Part shown: piece after piece, positions 29,099-38,906 of the stretch
How the letters are laid out: each line of letters begins with the position of its first letter
How positions within the stretch are numbered: the first letter of the stretch is position 1
DNA from: Candidatus Woesearchaeota archaeon
GTDB taxonomy: Archaea; Nanobdellota; Nanobdellia; Pacearchaeales; GW2011-AR1
DNA length: 64,000 bases
Reading direction: 5' to 3'
Assembly (NCBI GenBank): GCA_964514585.1
Contig: CAZETU010000006.1
Location: forward strand, 10,161-74,160
Notes under the pieces: generated by a model
Seen by the model: the letters and a program-made list of their open reading frames with translations, nothing else
Databases searched by the model: none
Told to the model about the DNA's origin: nothing
Position numbers and translations under genes: made by a program

Positions 29099-30451
29099 TT
29101 TTTCTACATAGATTTTGTCTTTATCTAACTCGTAACCTAATTTTTTGTAGTATTCTCTGACGCCGACTCCCGAGATTACGATGACTTTTTTGTAACCTTT
29201 TCGTTTGGCTATTTTTTCAGCTTCTTGCATTAGTTCTTTTCCGAGACCTTTGTGTTGCCATTCTTGGTTTGCTGATTGTCCTAGTTTTAGGGTTGGGCCG
29301 TAGACATGGAGTTCTCTTATTATTGCTGGGGAGTTTTTTTCTAAACGAAGACGCAAGAGTCCGAATAATATGTTGTCTTTATTTACTGCTTCTATGAAAT
29401 ATTCTGTTGCGCCTGAGGCTTTGTATTTTGTTTTCTTGATTTTAATTTTCGTATCAATTTTTCTGTTGTCTCTAAGAGCGAAACCTATTTCTCTGAATCT
29501 TATTTCTTTTATTTTGACTTTTGATTTACGGATTTCTTCTTCTATGTCTTTTCTCATGTCGATGTTTTTGATTCCGGCAATTAGATATGCTGGAGGGATT
29601 TCTCGCATGATTCGCATGATTCGGCAATACTCTGGAGTTAGTTTTAGCATTTCGATTACAATTTTAGATGCTTGTTCTTTTGAATATGGAACGTATTCGC
29701 TGTTGTAATATAGATTTTCTAGACCTGATCCTTTTAGGACTTGGCAAGGGTAAATTTTGATTTGGTCTGGTTTGAAATCTTGGGATTTGAATAGTTGTTT
29801 GAACATTTGGATGTCTTTTTTGGGGTTGCTTCCTGGTATACCTGGCATTATGTGGTAGCCGATTTTAAAGCCTGCTTGTTTTAGTCGTTTTGTTGCGTCG
29901 ATTACGTCCCCCACTTTGTGACCTCGGTTTACTTTTTTATAGATTTTGTCGTCTATGGCTTGGACTCCGAGTTCGACTCTTGTAGCTCCCCATTTTAACA
30001 TGTCTTGGATATGTTTTTGAGAACAGACGTCTGGTCTTGTTTCGATACAGAGAGCGGTGCATCTGTTTTTTGCTGTTTCATTTATTTTTTTTGCTTGTTC
30101 TAAGGTTTTTGATTTTCTATTATTGAGGGCGTCGTAGCAATCTTTTACGAATTTGAACTGGAATTTTTCGGGATAAGAAAGGAAGGTTCCGCCCATTATG
30201 ATTAGTTCGATTTTGTCTGTTGGGTGCCCCATTTCTTGGAGAGCTTTTAGTCGGGTTTGAACTTGTTTGAATGGGTCGTACTGGCATTGTTTTGCTCTTA
30301 GGACGGCTGGGGATTCTGGAGTGTAGGATTGTGGGGCGTTTAGTGAGGGACAGTAGAGACAGGCGCCGTGGTCGCATTTTCTTGGTGGGAGCATTACTGC
30401 TAGAGGGGCTACGCCGGAAATTGTTCTTGTTGGTTTTCGTTTGGGGTTCAT
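29090..30451 (-). CDS. elp3: Elp3 tRNA uridine(34) acetyltransferase (radical SAM + GNAT)
   Basis: CDHGACLYCP, QSYT, IMGGTF, ETRPD, HIMPG, DQIKIYP, IRELHVYG, QHKGLG, ISGVGVREYY. Confidence 0.95.
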   Translation of the reverse strand: MNPKRKPTRTISGVAPLAVMLPPRKCDHGACLYCPSLNAPQSYTPESPAVLRAKQCQYDPFKQVQTRLKALQEMGHPTDKIELIIMGGTFLSYPEKFQFKFVKDCYDALNNRKSKTLEQAKKINETAKNRCTALCIETRPDVCSQKHIQDMLKWGATRVELGVQAIDDKIYKKVNRGHKVGDVIDATKRLKQAGFKIGYHIMPGIPGSNPKKDIQMFKQLFKSQDFKPDQIKIYPCQVLKGSGLENLYYNSEYVPYSKEQASKIVIEMLKLTPEYCRIMRIMREIPPAYLIAGIKNIDMRKDIEEEIRKSKVKIKEIRFREIGFALRDNRKIDTKIKIKKTKYKASGATEYFIEAVNKDNILFGLLRLRLEKNSPAIIRELHVYGPTLKLGQSANQEWQHKGLGKELMQEAEKIAKRKGYKKVIVISGVGVREYYKKLGYELDKDKIYVEKSI

Positions 30452-30561
30452 GGAATAAAAAGAGGTTTAAGGTTTAAATGTTTGGTGGAGGTTGGATATG
30501 TTGTAATTCTAAAGTAGCTACAAACAGAAAGTTTTATAAAGTGCTTGTTTTTATATTGGTT

Positions 30562-33492
30562 ATGAAAAAAATAACGACTAGCATACTCGCTTGTTTGTTT
30601 GTTTTAGTTTTATCTGTTTCTCTCGTCGCTGCTGTTGATGTTGAGGTTGCGAGTGATTGTAGACTTGAGGGTCGAAGTTGGTCTTTTTGGTCTGGTTGGA
30701 AATCATGGACTCCTACAACTAACTGTAATATGTTTAGCCAATGTAGGATAAATTGTGATTCTGTTGTTGTAACTGATGCGAGTGATTGTTATAATAAGAG
30801 TGAGGTTGAGGGCTTGATTGGTGTGAGTGGTGAGGCTTTGATGAGTGATGTTGATTTGATATATTATAATATGAGCGAGATTGATTCTTTTTTGGTTGAG
30901 ATAGGGGATGCTTTGGATGAGATGAACCATGGGACTTTGAATTTGTTTCATCAGTTTGATTATGATAGGTTGCATGTTTGGGGTGAGGCTCCTGTGGATG
31001 CGGTGAAGGTTAGGGTTTGTATGAAGGGCGGTGTTTCGATTGGAGCTGCTGAACTTGATAGAGATAATAATTGTATTGGTGAAAAAAAGTTGGGTGTTAA
31101 TGAAGATAATTTTTACAGGACGACTTTTTATCCTTTGAGTGATTTTGATGATGATATGTATAATGTTGTTGTTTTCTTCTATGAAAGTAATACTGATTAT
31201 TTGAATTATAATCCGATTTCGCAGGCGACTGTTAGTGCTCCGTTTTTGGGTTTGTATTTAGAAAAATTGAAGGGTGATATTGAGGATTTGGAGTTGAACT
31301 TGAGTGTTCTTTCTGATGACCTTGTTGAGGCTGAAAATGATATTGAGGAATTGCAAGTTAGGTTTGATGAATTGAATGTGAGTTTGAATGATTTGTATGA
31401 TATTGTTGAGAACTTGGGGATTGAGGATATTGATGGTTTGCAGGATGCTCTTGATGGTTTGCAGGGTCAGATTGATGATATTAACAGTGAGATTGATGAT
31501 ATTTGGTTTATGCTTGCTGATATGAATCATGGGACTGTGAATTTGTTTCATGTTTTGAATGTTGATGATAATAAGCTTCGAGTTTGGGGCGAGGCGCCTG
31601 AGGGTGCTAAGAGAGTTAAGGTTAGGTTTTGTCCTTTTGGTGTTGAGCCGACAACTTGCAGGAAGAATGGAATTTATGTTGGTGCTGATGTTGTTGTTAA
31701 GGTTGGCGGGGATAATGCACACTGGTATAATTCTTGGACTGATTTGAGTGGTTATGATAATGGAATGTATAATATTTATTCGACTTTCTATGATAATAAT
31801 GGGAAGTGGATGAACGGGTTCAATACTGGTGCGATTTTTACTGGATTGTCTGGATTTGGATTCACTGATGTTGATATGGATTCGCAGATTGCGACTTATT
31901 TGTCTAATAATGTTTGGGGTGAGATTCGTTATGATGTTGTTTTGGATGAAACTTTGGCTAGCGGGACTGTTAGAGTTTTGAGTACGGATGGTTCTATTAA
32001 TCAGACTTTGAGAACTCAGTCGTTTTTTGCTGGAGATGTTTATCATTTGGGTGATGATATTGAATTTGATGCTTTGGGCGAATATGAGTTGTATTTGGTT
32101 ATTGATGGAACTGATTGGATGAGTTATGCTGTTAATACTTCTGTTGTTGATATTGCTCCGACATCTGACATTACGATTGTTTCGCCGACTGTTAATAATG
32201 GTGGTGTTTATTGGTTTAATCCTGACTTTGTTTCTGAGGTTGTTTTGGAAGCTATTGTTTTGGCTTCGACTGAGGAAGAAATGTATAGTTATGTTGTTGA
32301 TGGGATTGGGAGCACGCGAACTTTTATGGATGAGTGGAATGTTAACGGTACTGATATGACTGGTGTTGTTTTTGATAGTTTTGATTTTGAGGAAGAAAGG
32401 GTTTATGATTTGACTGTTGATGCGACTTTGGGACATGGTAGTGATAATATTTTGGTTGGTGTTGATTGGACTGCGCCTGTGATTTATGATATTGTTCCTT
32501 ATAGTGGGGCTTATGCTGGTACTATGTTTGTTTTTGTTAATGCTAGTGATGAGGCTAGTGGGATTGAATCGGTTTGGATTGATTTGATTGCTAAGGATAA
32601 TGCTTCGATTGTTTATACTTTGGAAGGTGAATTGAATTCGTCTACTGGTTTTTACGAGGCTGAGTTTGATAGTTTGGCTATGAATATTAGTGATGGGAAT
32701 TATAATATTAGTGTTGTTGCGACTGATTATGCTGGAAACAGTGTTAGTGGCTTGGTTGATCCGATTATTGATAATAGTGCTCCTTTGATTATGGCTCCGT
32801 TTATTAACGATGTTTATACTGATGACTACTTGATGAGAATTGGCGCTGAGATTATTGATGTGCCTGCTGGTTTGGATTATGCTTATGCTTTGTTATCTGG
32901 TGCGAATGGTTTGGTTGACGAGAGAATTGATTTGATTTGTGATGCTAATGATAATTGTATGGGGAGTTTTGCTGATTCTACTTTTGTTAGTGGGGAATAT
33001 AGTTTGATGATTTTTGCTTATGATAATGCTGGGAATTCTAGAACTTTGAGTCATACTGAGAATGTAAGTGTTGGCGCTAGACCTATTGTTGTTATCCCTT
33101 CTAAAAAGAAGAGTAGTGGGAGTGGTGGCTCTGCTGCTGATGAGGACCCCTTAAAAGTCTGTGGTGTTGAGAATTGGGATTGTTCGCTTTGGAGTACGTG
33201 TGGAGAGAGTGGTGTGCAGTTTAGAACTTGTGATATGATTGGAGAATGTGAGGCTAATGAGAGCGCGTTTATTCCTACCTTGAGTCAGTCTTGTATTTTC
33301 ATTGCTGAAGAAGAGCCTGCTGTTGAGGAATCTGTTGCTGAGACTGTTGAAGATGATGCTCCTAAGCCTGGATTTTTGGCTGCTATTACTGGTGCTGTTA
33401 TTGGTGGTGGTGCGGCTAGTTGGATTGTTGGCGTCTTTATTGTTTTGATTCTTGGATTGACAATTGTTGTTATTTACAAGCGAAGGATTTAG
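30562..33492 (+). CDS. Large surface protein with acidic coiled coils, a duplicated NHGT..VWGEAP domain, Ig-like domains, a TSP1-like motif and an ITGA-TM-basic tail
   Basis: Signal peptide from MKKITT; two MNHGT(L/V)NLFH..VWGEAP copies; DWTAP/DNSAP; WDCSLWSTC..Q.RTC; FLAAITGAVIG followed by TM and KRR. Confidence 0.85.
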   Translation: MKKITTSILACLFVLVLSVSLVAAVDVEVASDCRLEGRSWSFWSGWKSWTPTTNCNMFSQCRINCDSVVVTDASDCYNKSEVEGLIGVSGEALMSDVDLIYYNMSEIDSFLVEIGDALDEMNHGTLNLFHQFDYDRLHVWGEAPVDAVKVRVCMKGGVSIGAAELDRDNNCIGEKKLGVNEDNFYRTTFYPLSDFDDDMYNVVVFFYESNTDYLNYNPISQATVSAPFLGLYLEKLKGDIEDLELNLSVLSDDLVEAENDIEELQVRFDELNVSLNDLYDIVENLGIEDIDGLQDALDGLQGQIDDINSEIDDIWFMLADMNHGTVNLFHVLNVDDNKLRVWGEAPEGAKRVKVRFCPFGVEPTTCRKNGIYVGADVVVKVGGDNAHWYNSWTDLSGYDNGMYNIYSTFYDNNGKWMNGFNTGAIFTGLSGFGFTDVDMDSQIATYLSNNVWGEIRYDVVLDETLASGTVRVLSTDGSINQTLRTQSFFAGDVYHLGDDIEFDALGEYELYLVIDGTDWMSYAVNTSVVDIAPTSDITIVSPTVNNGGVYWFNPDFVSEVVLEAIVLASTEEEMYSYVVDGIGSTRTFMDEWNVNGTDMTGVVFDSFDFEEERVYDLTVDATLGHGSDNILVGVDWTAPVIYDIVPYSGAYAGTMFVFVNASDEASGIESVWIDLIAKDNASIVYTLEGELNSSTGFYEAEFDSLAMNISDGNYNISVVATDYAGNSVSGLVDPIIDNSAPLIMAPFINDVYTDDYLMRIGAEIIDVPAGLDYAYALLSGANGLVDERIDLICDANDNCMGSFADSTFVSGEYSLMIFAYDNAGNSRTLSHTENVSVGARPIVVIPSKKKSSGSGGSAADEDPLKVCGVENWDCSLWSTCGESGVQFRTCDMIGECEANESAFIPTLSQSCIFIAEEEPAVEESVAETVEDDAPKPGFLAAITGAVIGGGAASWIVGVFIVLILGLTIVVIYKRRI

Positions 33493-33544
33493 GTTTTATT
33501 TCTATAATAAAAAGAATTTTAAGGCTTGTGTGTTTGGTGAACTT

Positions 33545-34129
33545 ATGAAGCAGAAAGAAGTTTGGGATGCTATTGCTGGGAAGTGGAGTGAGTTTAGAAC
33601 TCGGCCTGCTGATGAGGTTGTTGAGTTTTTGAAAGGGAAGCATGGGAAGGTTTTGGATTTAGGATGTGGGAGTGGACGGCATTTTGTTGAGGGGGATTTG
33701 GAATTTTATGGGGTTGATTTTTCTAAAAAGTTGTTGGAAATTGCCAAAGAGAAGGGTTATGTTGAATTGAAAAAGGGGGTGACTGATTCTATCCCTTATG
33801 ATGATGAATTTTTTGATTTGGTGATTTTTGCTCGGGTATTACATTGTGTTGAAGGTGAAAAAACAAGGATTGAAACGTTGAGAGAGATTTATCGTGTTTT
33901 GAAAAAAGATGGGGAAGCTGTGGTTTCGACTATTGGGCGGAAGAATCAGAGGGTGAAGAATAAGCCTAAAGAGGGAATTTTGCCGTGGACTGTTGGTGGG
34001 GGAAAATATGAGAGGTATAATTATATTTATGATAAGAGTGAGCTTGAAGGGCAGTTGAGGGATGTGGGTTTTGAGATTGTTTCTTTGGAAGAGAGAGATA
34101 ATATTATTGCGGTTGTTCGGAAGAAATAG
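33545..34129 (+). CDS. Class I SAM-dependent methyltransferase
   Basis: VLDLGCGSGRH, GVDFS, IPY.DEFFD, LHC. Confidence 0.9.
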   Translation: MKQKEVWDAIAGKWSEFRTRPADEVVEFLKGKHGKVLDLGCGSGRHFVEGDLEFYGVDFSKKLLEIAKEKGYVELKKGVTDSIPYDDEFFDLVIFARVLHCVEGEKTRIETLREIYRVLKKDGEAVVSTIGRKNQRVKNKPKEGILPWTVGGGKYERYNYIYDKSELEGQLRDVGFEIVSLEERDNIIAVVRKK

Positions 34130-34133
34130 GAAA

Positions 34134-34388
34134 CTAGGCTGCACGTAATGCTGACCTGTAGGCTTCGATGCCATTTTGAAAATTTGTACAAACTTTTTGG
34201 ATGGCCTCATATGTCCTTTCGGTGATCCTGTATATATGATCTTCCCCCCATTTACTTTCTCTTAATTCTGTAAGTGTTCTTGTCATTCTGATTCGGCGAG
34301 CATTATTTCTATCGAATACTTCTTTTAGAACTTTTAATCCTGCTTCAAGTTGGCCTTTGGGCATTTGTCTTAATTGTCTTTCGTCCAT
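34134..34388 (-). CDS. Small basic hypothetical protein
   Basis: MDERQLRQMPK start follows a TATA-like sequence; the upstream extension overlaps another gene. Confidence 0.5.
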   Translation of the reverse strand: MDERQLRQMPKGQLEAGLKVLKEVFDRNNARRIRMTRTLTELRESKWGEDHIYRITERTYEAIQKVCTNFQNGIEAYRSALRAA

Positions 34389-34453
34389 ATGTTTTGATAG
34401 TATCTTAAATTTATAAATATTTATGAGGTGAGAAGAGAACAATGTTAATGTTA

Positions 34454-34915
34454 TTATTCGGAAGTCTTCCTGATTTGGATCATGTCGTTTAATGAACCTT
34501 CCTCTTTCTTTTGGATTTCTCCTGTGTGGGCGTCTAGATTCATTCGGTTCATGTCCATTCCGTTTAGGCAAGTTAAGTTCCAGATTCCGTTGTGGAGGAC
34601 TGCGATTATTTTTGGGTAATCTTTTCCTGTTTTTTCTTTGATGTGATTTTTAAGTTCACAGATGTCTACTTTAAGATTTAGATTTTTGATTTCTTTTTGG
34701 TCGTAAATTTCTTCTTGGTGATTTGTTATAGAAGCGAAAGGCATTGCGAATGATGAGAGTTTGTCTTGGTTAGGGAGAAAGAAGTTTAGGTCAATTTTGT
34801 CGGCGTCGCCTAAGATGAACATTGCGGAGCAGAAGAATGCTTCTGGGTTTTCTTCTTTGAATTTTTTGTAGTTTTCTTTCTCTTGTAAATCTTGGAGTAA
34901 TTCTTTTACTTTCAT
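34454..34915 (-). CDS. Hypothetical protein (PepSY-like C-terminus)
   Basis: WNLT..NLDAHTGEI. Confidence 0.65.
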   Translation of the reverse strand: MKVKELLQDLQEKENYKKFKEENPEAFFCSAMFILGDADKIDLNFFLPNQDKLSSFAMPFASITNHQEEIYDQKEIKNLNLKVDICELKNHIKEKTGKDYPKIIAVLHNGIWNLTCLNGMDMNRMNLDAHTGEIQKKEEGSLNDMIQIRKTSE

Positions 34916-34946
34916 AGCAAAATGGGGAAAGATTGGTTTAAAGACT

Positions 34947-35207
34947 TTATGAAAAGAGTTTTGAGATGATTATTAGTTCCATTAGGGAGACGATTAGAAG
35001 GATATATGATGCGGCTGAATATCGTTGTCGGAGATCGATCATTTCTTTTTTGGCGTCTTCGGGTGAGAACGGGCTTTTTGTCATAACTTCGACTTTGAGA
35101 TCTGAGATTCTGGCCATGTCTGCGACTAGAATTTGGGATAAGAAAACAAGGCCTAAGATAAGTGTTACAATGGCCTGAAATACTAAGACAAATTTTCCCC
35201 ACCTCAT
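34947..35207 (-). CDS. Small two-TM membrane protein
   Basis: Two hydrophobic segments. Confidence 0.6.
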   Translation of the reverse strand: MRWGKFVLVFQAIVTLILGLVFLSQILVADMARISDLKVEVMTKSPFSPEDAKKEMIDLRQRYSAASYILLIVSLMELIIISKLFS

Positions 35208-35228
35208 AATATTATATAGAAGAGAAGT

Positions 35229-36929
35229 TTATAAGTTTTTAGAATTGATTTCTTCTCTTAACTTTGAGATGAATTCATCTAGGTCCATTGTTATGATTTC
35301 TTTTGAGTTTCTTGCTCGGATCGCAACTTTGTTTTCTGCTTTTTCTTTTTCGCCTACTGTTGCGAGGTAATTGAATCTTTGGATTTGGGCGTCTCTTGCT
35401 TTTTTGCCCATTGATTCTGATTTGTCGTTTATTTCAACTTGGAAACCTTCATTGAATAATTTTTGGTAAACTTCATTTGCGTAATCTTTTACATCGTCAT
35501 TTAGGGTCATTACTTTGATTTGATTTGGAGAGAGCCATAAGGGAAAGTTTCCGTTGAGGTGTTCGGTTATTATTCCGATGAATCTCTCGATTGAGCCGTA
35601 AACTACCCTGTGAAGCATTACTGGTCGTTTCTCGTTTCCGTTTTCGTCGTTGTAGTTAAGATTAAATCTTTCTGGGAGAGCCATGTCTAGTTGAATTGTT
35701 GAGCATTGCCATGTTCTGCTTAGGGAGTCTTTTAAGTGAAAATCTATTTTTGGTCCGTAGAAAGCTCCGTCTCCTTTGTTGACTGTGTATTTCAATTTTG
35801 TTTTCTTGAGGATTTTTTCTAAGGCTTTTTCGGACATATCCCAAACCTTGTCTGAACCGATTCTTTTTTCTGGTCGTGTTGATAATTCTACGTGGTCAAA
35901 TTCTAAACCGAAGTGCTGGAAAGTTTCGTTGATTAAATCTATGATTCTTGAGACTTCTTGTTCGAGTTGGTCTTCTGTGCAGAAAATGTGGGCGTCGTCT
36001 TGAGTGAATTGGATTGTTCTGAATAATCCCGATAAAACTCCTGATAGTTCGACTCTATGAACTGTTCCAATTTCTCCGACTCTTAATGGCAAGTCTCTGT
36101 ACGATTTTGGTGAGGTTTTGTAAACTAGCATTCCGCCTGGGCAGTTCATTGGTTTTACTAGAAAGTCTCTTTTTTCGTATTGTGTTCGGAAGTTGTTTTC
36201 TCCATATTTTGACCAATGGCCTGAGATTTCCCATAGTTTTCTGTCCATGATTTGTGGGGTTGAGATTTCTTCGTATCCTGCTGTTCTGTGCATTTGTCTC
36301 CATAATTCGATTAGTTTGTTTTTTATATGGAGTCCTTTTGGGTGCCAGAAGACCATTCCTGGAGCGACGTTGTTGAAACTCCATAAATTCATTTTGCTTC
36401 CGATTATTCTGTGGTCGTTTTCTTTAAGTTTTGACGTGTCTAGGGTTGCACGAGAAACCGTTCGTAGAAGTCGTTTTCTTTCGTCTTCGCTTAGTTCTGC
36501 TTCTTCTTCGTTTCCTTTTATTGTGAATTCGCGGGAGAGTTCTGATAATGGGTGGCCCTTTACTTTTAGTTCGAAAGATTTGTAGTAGCCGAAAGGAGCC
36601 TGTATTACTTTGAATTTTTTTAATTGCTTTACTGTTTCATTTAGAATTTCTATGGCTGTGCTCGGTTTCCCAAGATTGGAAGATAAATGTGCGTAAGGGT
36701 ATAGGACTATATTTTCTGCCTTGACGTCTGCTGCGATTTTTTCTATCGATTCTGTTAACTGTGGGACTGATTCTTTTGAGTCGCCTTTTTCTACTGCTAC
36801 CATTACAACTAGGCAGTCTTTTGAGTCGCCTTCTAGTTTTTGGTTTGGTGCGATTTCGTCGATTGATTTTAGGGCTTTTTTTAGGCCTTGGAATTTGATG
36901 TAGTCGCAGTGGAGGTTTAGTGTCTTCAT
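35229..36929 (-). CDS. thrS: Threonyl-tRNA synthetase with archaeal N-terminal editing domain
   Basis: LYPYAHLS and PFGYYK.FE..GHPLSELSR (editing domain); DHR.IG, KPMNCPG, FTQDDAH, GAFYGPKID, MLHR..GSIERF. Confidence 0.97.
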   Translation of the reverse strand: MKTLNLHCDYIKFQGLKKALKSIDEIAPNQKLEGDSKDCLVVMVAVEKGDSKESVPQLTESIEKIAADVKAENIVLYPYAHLSSNLGKPSTAIEILNETVKQLKKFKVIQAPFGYYKSFELKVKGHPLSELSREFTIKGNEEEAELSEDERKRLLRTVSRATLDTSKLKENDHRIIGSKMNLWSFNNVAPGMVFWHPKGLHIKNKLIELWRQMHRTAGYEEISTPQIMDRKLWEISGHWSKYGENNFRTQYEKRDFLVKPMNCPGGMLVYKTSPKSYRDLPLRVGEIGTVHRVELSGVLSGLFRTIQFTQDDAHIFCTEDQLEQEVSRIIDLINETFQHFGLEFDHVELSTRPEKRIGSDKVWDMSEKALEKILKKTKLKYTVNKGDGAFYGPKIDFHLKDSLSRTWQCSTIQLDMALPERFNLNYNDENGNEKRPVMLHRVVYGSIERFIGIITEHLNGNFPLWLSPNQIKVMTLNDDVKDYANEVYQKLFNEGFQVEINDKSESMGKKARDAQIQRFNYLATVGEKEKAENKVAIRARNSKEIITMDLDEFISKLREEINSKNL

Positions 36930-36973
36930 ACTAGAAAGAGAATAAGAGAATTTATAAAGATTTATGCCGTGTT

Positions 36974-37723
36974 TTGTTTATGGTAGATGAGGTGGCTGAT
37001 AGGTGTCCGACGGGTATTGTCGGTTTTGATCGGGCTTGTCAAGGAGGTTTTGTGAGGAATTCTGATAATTTAATTGTTGGTGGGCCTGGTTCGGGGAAGA
37101 GTACGTTTTTGATGCAGTTTCTTTGGAATGGGGCTGTGCAGTTTGGAGAGAATGGGTTGTATTGTTCTTTTGAGCCGGATATTGTTGAGACGCTGAATGA
37201 TTCGATGTCTTTTGGTTGGGATTTTTCTAAACTGAGTGGCGAGGGAAAGATTAAGTTTATGAGATTTGCGCCGCAGACTTCTATTGAAGAATTGAAAGCT
37301 GAGTTAATGAAAATAATTGCACAGAATAATATTAAGAGAGTTTGTTTTGATCCGATTTCTGTTTTGGCTTTGAATTTGAGTGATCAGGGGCAGATTCGGC
37401 AGACAATTTTTGATTTGTCTTCTTTAATGAAGAGGTTGAAGGTGACGACGGTTTTTGTTGATGAGAGTTTGGAGGGCGAGGGGATTCATACGCAGAATAT
37501 TGGGGATTGGACGAAGACTGATATTTTGAGGTTTCTAAGTGACTCGGTTACTCTTCTTTATGAGAGTGGGGTTGCTGGTGTGGGCGACAGAGCTTTTAGA
37601 ATTGCGAAGATGAGGCGGACTGCTCACGAGAGAAAGGCTATTGGGATGTCTATTACTTCTAAAGGAATTGAAATGGTTGATGATACTGTTAGTCCGCCTG
37701 AGAATGTTGTTAGTGGGGTTTAG
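36974..37723 (+). CDS. Single-domain KaiC/RAD55-like RecA-fold ATPase
   Basis: TGIVGFD..GG, GGPGSGKS, QFL..G, RVCFDPIS, R.FRIAKMRRT.H. Confidence 0.85.
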   Translation: MFMVDEVADRCPTGIVGFDRACQGGFVRNSDNLIVGGPGSGKSTFLMQFLWNGAVQFGENGLYCSFEPDIVETLNDSMSFGWDFSKLSGEGKIKFMRFAPQTSIEELKAELMKIIAQNNIKRVCFDPISVLALNLSDQGQIRQTIFDLSSLMKRLKVTTVFVDESLEGEGIHTQNIGDWTKTDILRFLSDSVTLLYESGVAGVGDRAFRIAKMRRTAHERKAIGMSITSKGIEMVDDTVSPPENVVSGV

Positions 37724-38835
37724 GATTTGTAAATAAATTTATCGAATTGGTTTTCTGAAACTTCTCTTCGTTTTTGGTGTTCGGATAAAACTTCGTTGAT
37801 TTTTTCTATTAGAATGGCTTTTACTTCTCCTGATAATAATTCTCCTTTTGAATACTTATTGTAGATTTCTGCTAGTTTATCGTCGTCGTGTTCGAAATAT
37901 TTTAACCATTGGCAGGCTACATCTACTTCTACGTTTCCCCCTTGTTCTCTGTGTTCTTCGACTGTGTCTTTGCCTCCTGAGAATGCGTATTTATTGATTT
38001 TTCTTTTTACTGTTTTTGGGTCATCTGTCATTAGGATTGCTTTTCCTTCTCCTGTGCTACTTGATTTTCCTGCTGCTCCGGTTAACGGCGACATGAATTT
38101 TGCATGTATGATTGCTGGTTTTTTGTGTCCGAGTTTTTCTATTACGTCTCGTGAGATTCTGAAATGTGGGTCTTGGTCTACTCCGAGTGGGATTAGGCAG
38201 TATTCGTTTTTGTTATTTAGGATATTTGGTAGGAATGCTGGGACGGTTTGCATTGCTGTGTAAAAAATGCTTCCGATATTGTTTGAGTCAGTGAAGCCGA
38301 AAGATGCTTTGATTGTTGAGAAAGTTATTTTTTTTGCGACCTTGATAGCTTGCGGGTACATTATGCCGGCGTGCTTGGTATCAATTAGAAAATGGGTTTT
38401 TTTGGGGTTGAGTCCTAATGCTATTACGTCTTTCATATTTTCTTTTGTCCAATCTTGGATTTCTTCCATGGTCATATTTTTGTATAGGAATTTTTCGTCG
38501 TCGGTGAATTGAAACCATAGTTCTACGTTGAATTTGTCTTGTAACCATTTTACGAAACTCCAGATTGAGTAGTGCCCGAGATGAATTGGGCCTGATGGCC
38601 CGCATCCTGTGTAAAGGAAGAATTTTTCTCCTTTCTCATAGGCGTCTAGTAGTTTTTCTAGATCTCTGTGCGCAAAAAAGATTCCTCGTCTTAGATATGG
38701 GTGAACTTCGCCCGCTATTTTTTCGATTCTTTTTATGAGTTTTGGGTCTATTTTTTTTATTCCGAATTCTGTTATGAGGCGGTCGTAATTAACCTCTCCT
38801 TCTACGTCGTATGGATTGACGTTCATTTCTGCCAT
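37720..38835 (-). CDS. trpS: Tryptophanyl-tRNA synthetase (archaeal/eukaryotic type)
   Basis: FLYTGCGPSGPIHLGH, TDDEKFL, GVDQDPHFR, GKSSS, NKYAFSGG. Confidence 0.97.
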   Translation of the reverse strand: MAEMNVNPYDVEGEVNYDRLITEFGIKKIDPKLIKRIEKIAGEVHPYLRRGIFFAHRDLEKLLDAYEKGEKFFLYTGCGPSGPIHLGHYSIWSFVKWLQDKFNVELWFQFTDDEKFLYKNMTMEEIQDWTKENMKDVIALGLNPKKTHFLIDTKHAGIMYPQAIKVAKKITFSTIKASFGFTDSNNIGSIFYTAMQTVPAFLPNILNNKNEYCLIPLGVDQDPHFRISRDVIEKLGHKKPAIIHAKFMSPLTGAAGKSSSTGEGKAILMTDDPKTVKRKINKYAFSGGKDTVEEHREQGGNVEVDVACQWLKYFEHDDDKLAEIYNKYSKGELLSGEVKAILIEKINEVLSEHQKRREVSENQFDKFIYKS

Positions 38836-38906
38836 AGTGGTTTTAACCTTATGAGATTTATAAAAGTGTTGATAATGTTTAAATAGTAATATTGCCTTGG
38901 GAATTT

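Noticed and set aside
36974-37723. Circadian KaiC clock
   Set aside because: Single domain, with no KaiA/KaiB; this is the common archaeal KaiC/RAD55-like ATPase.
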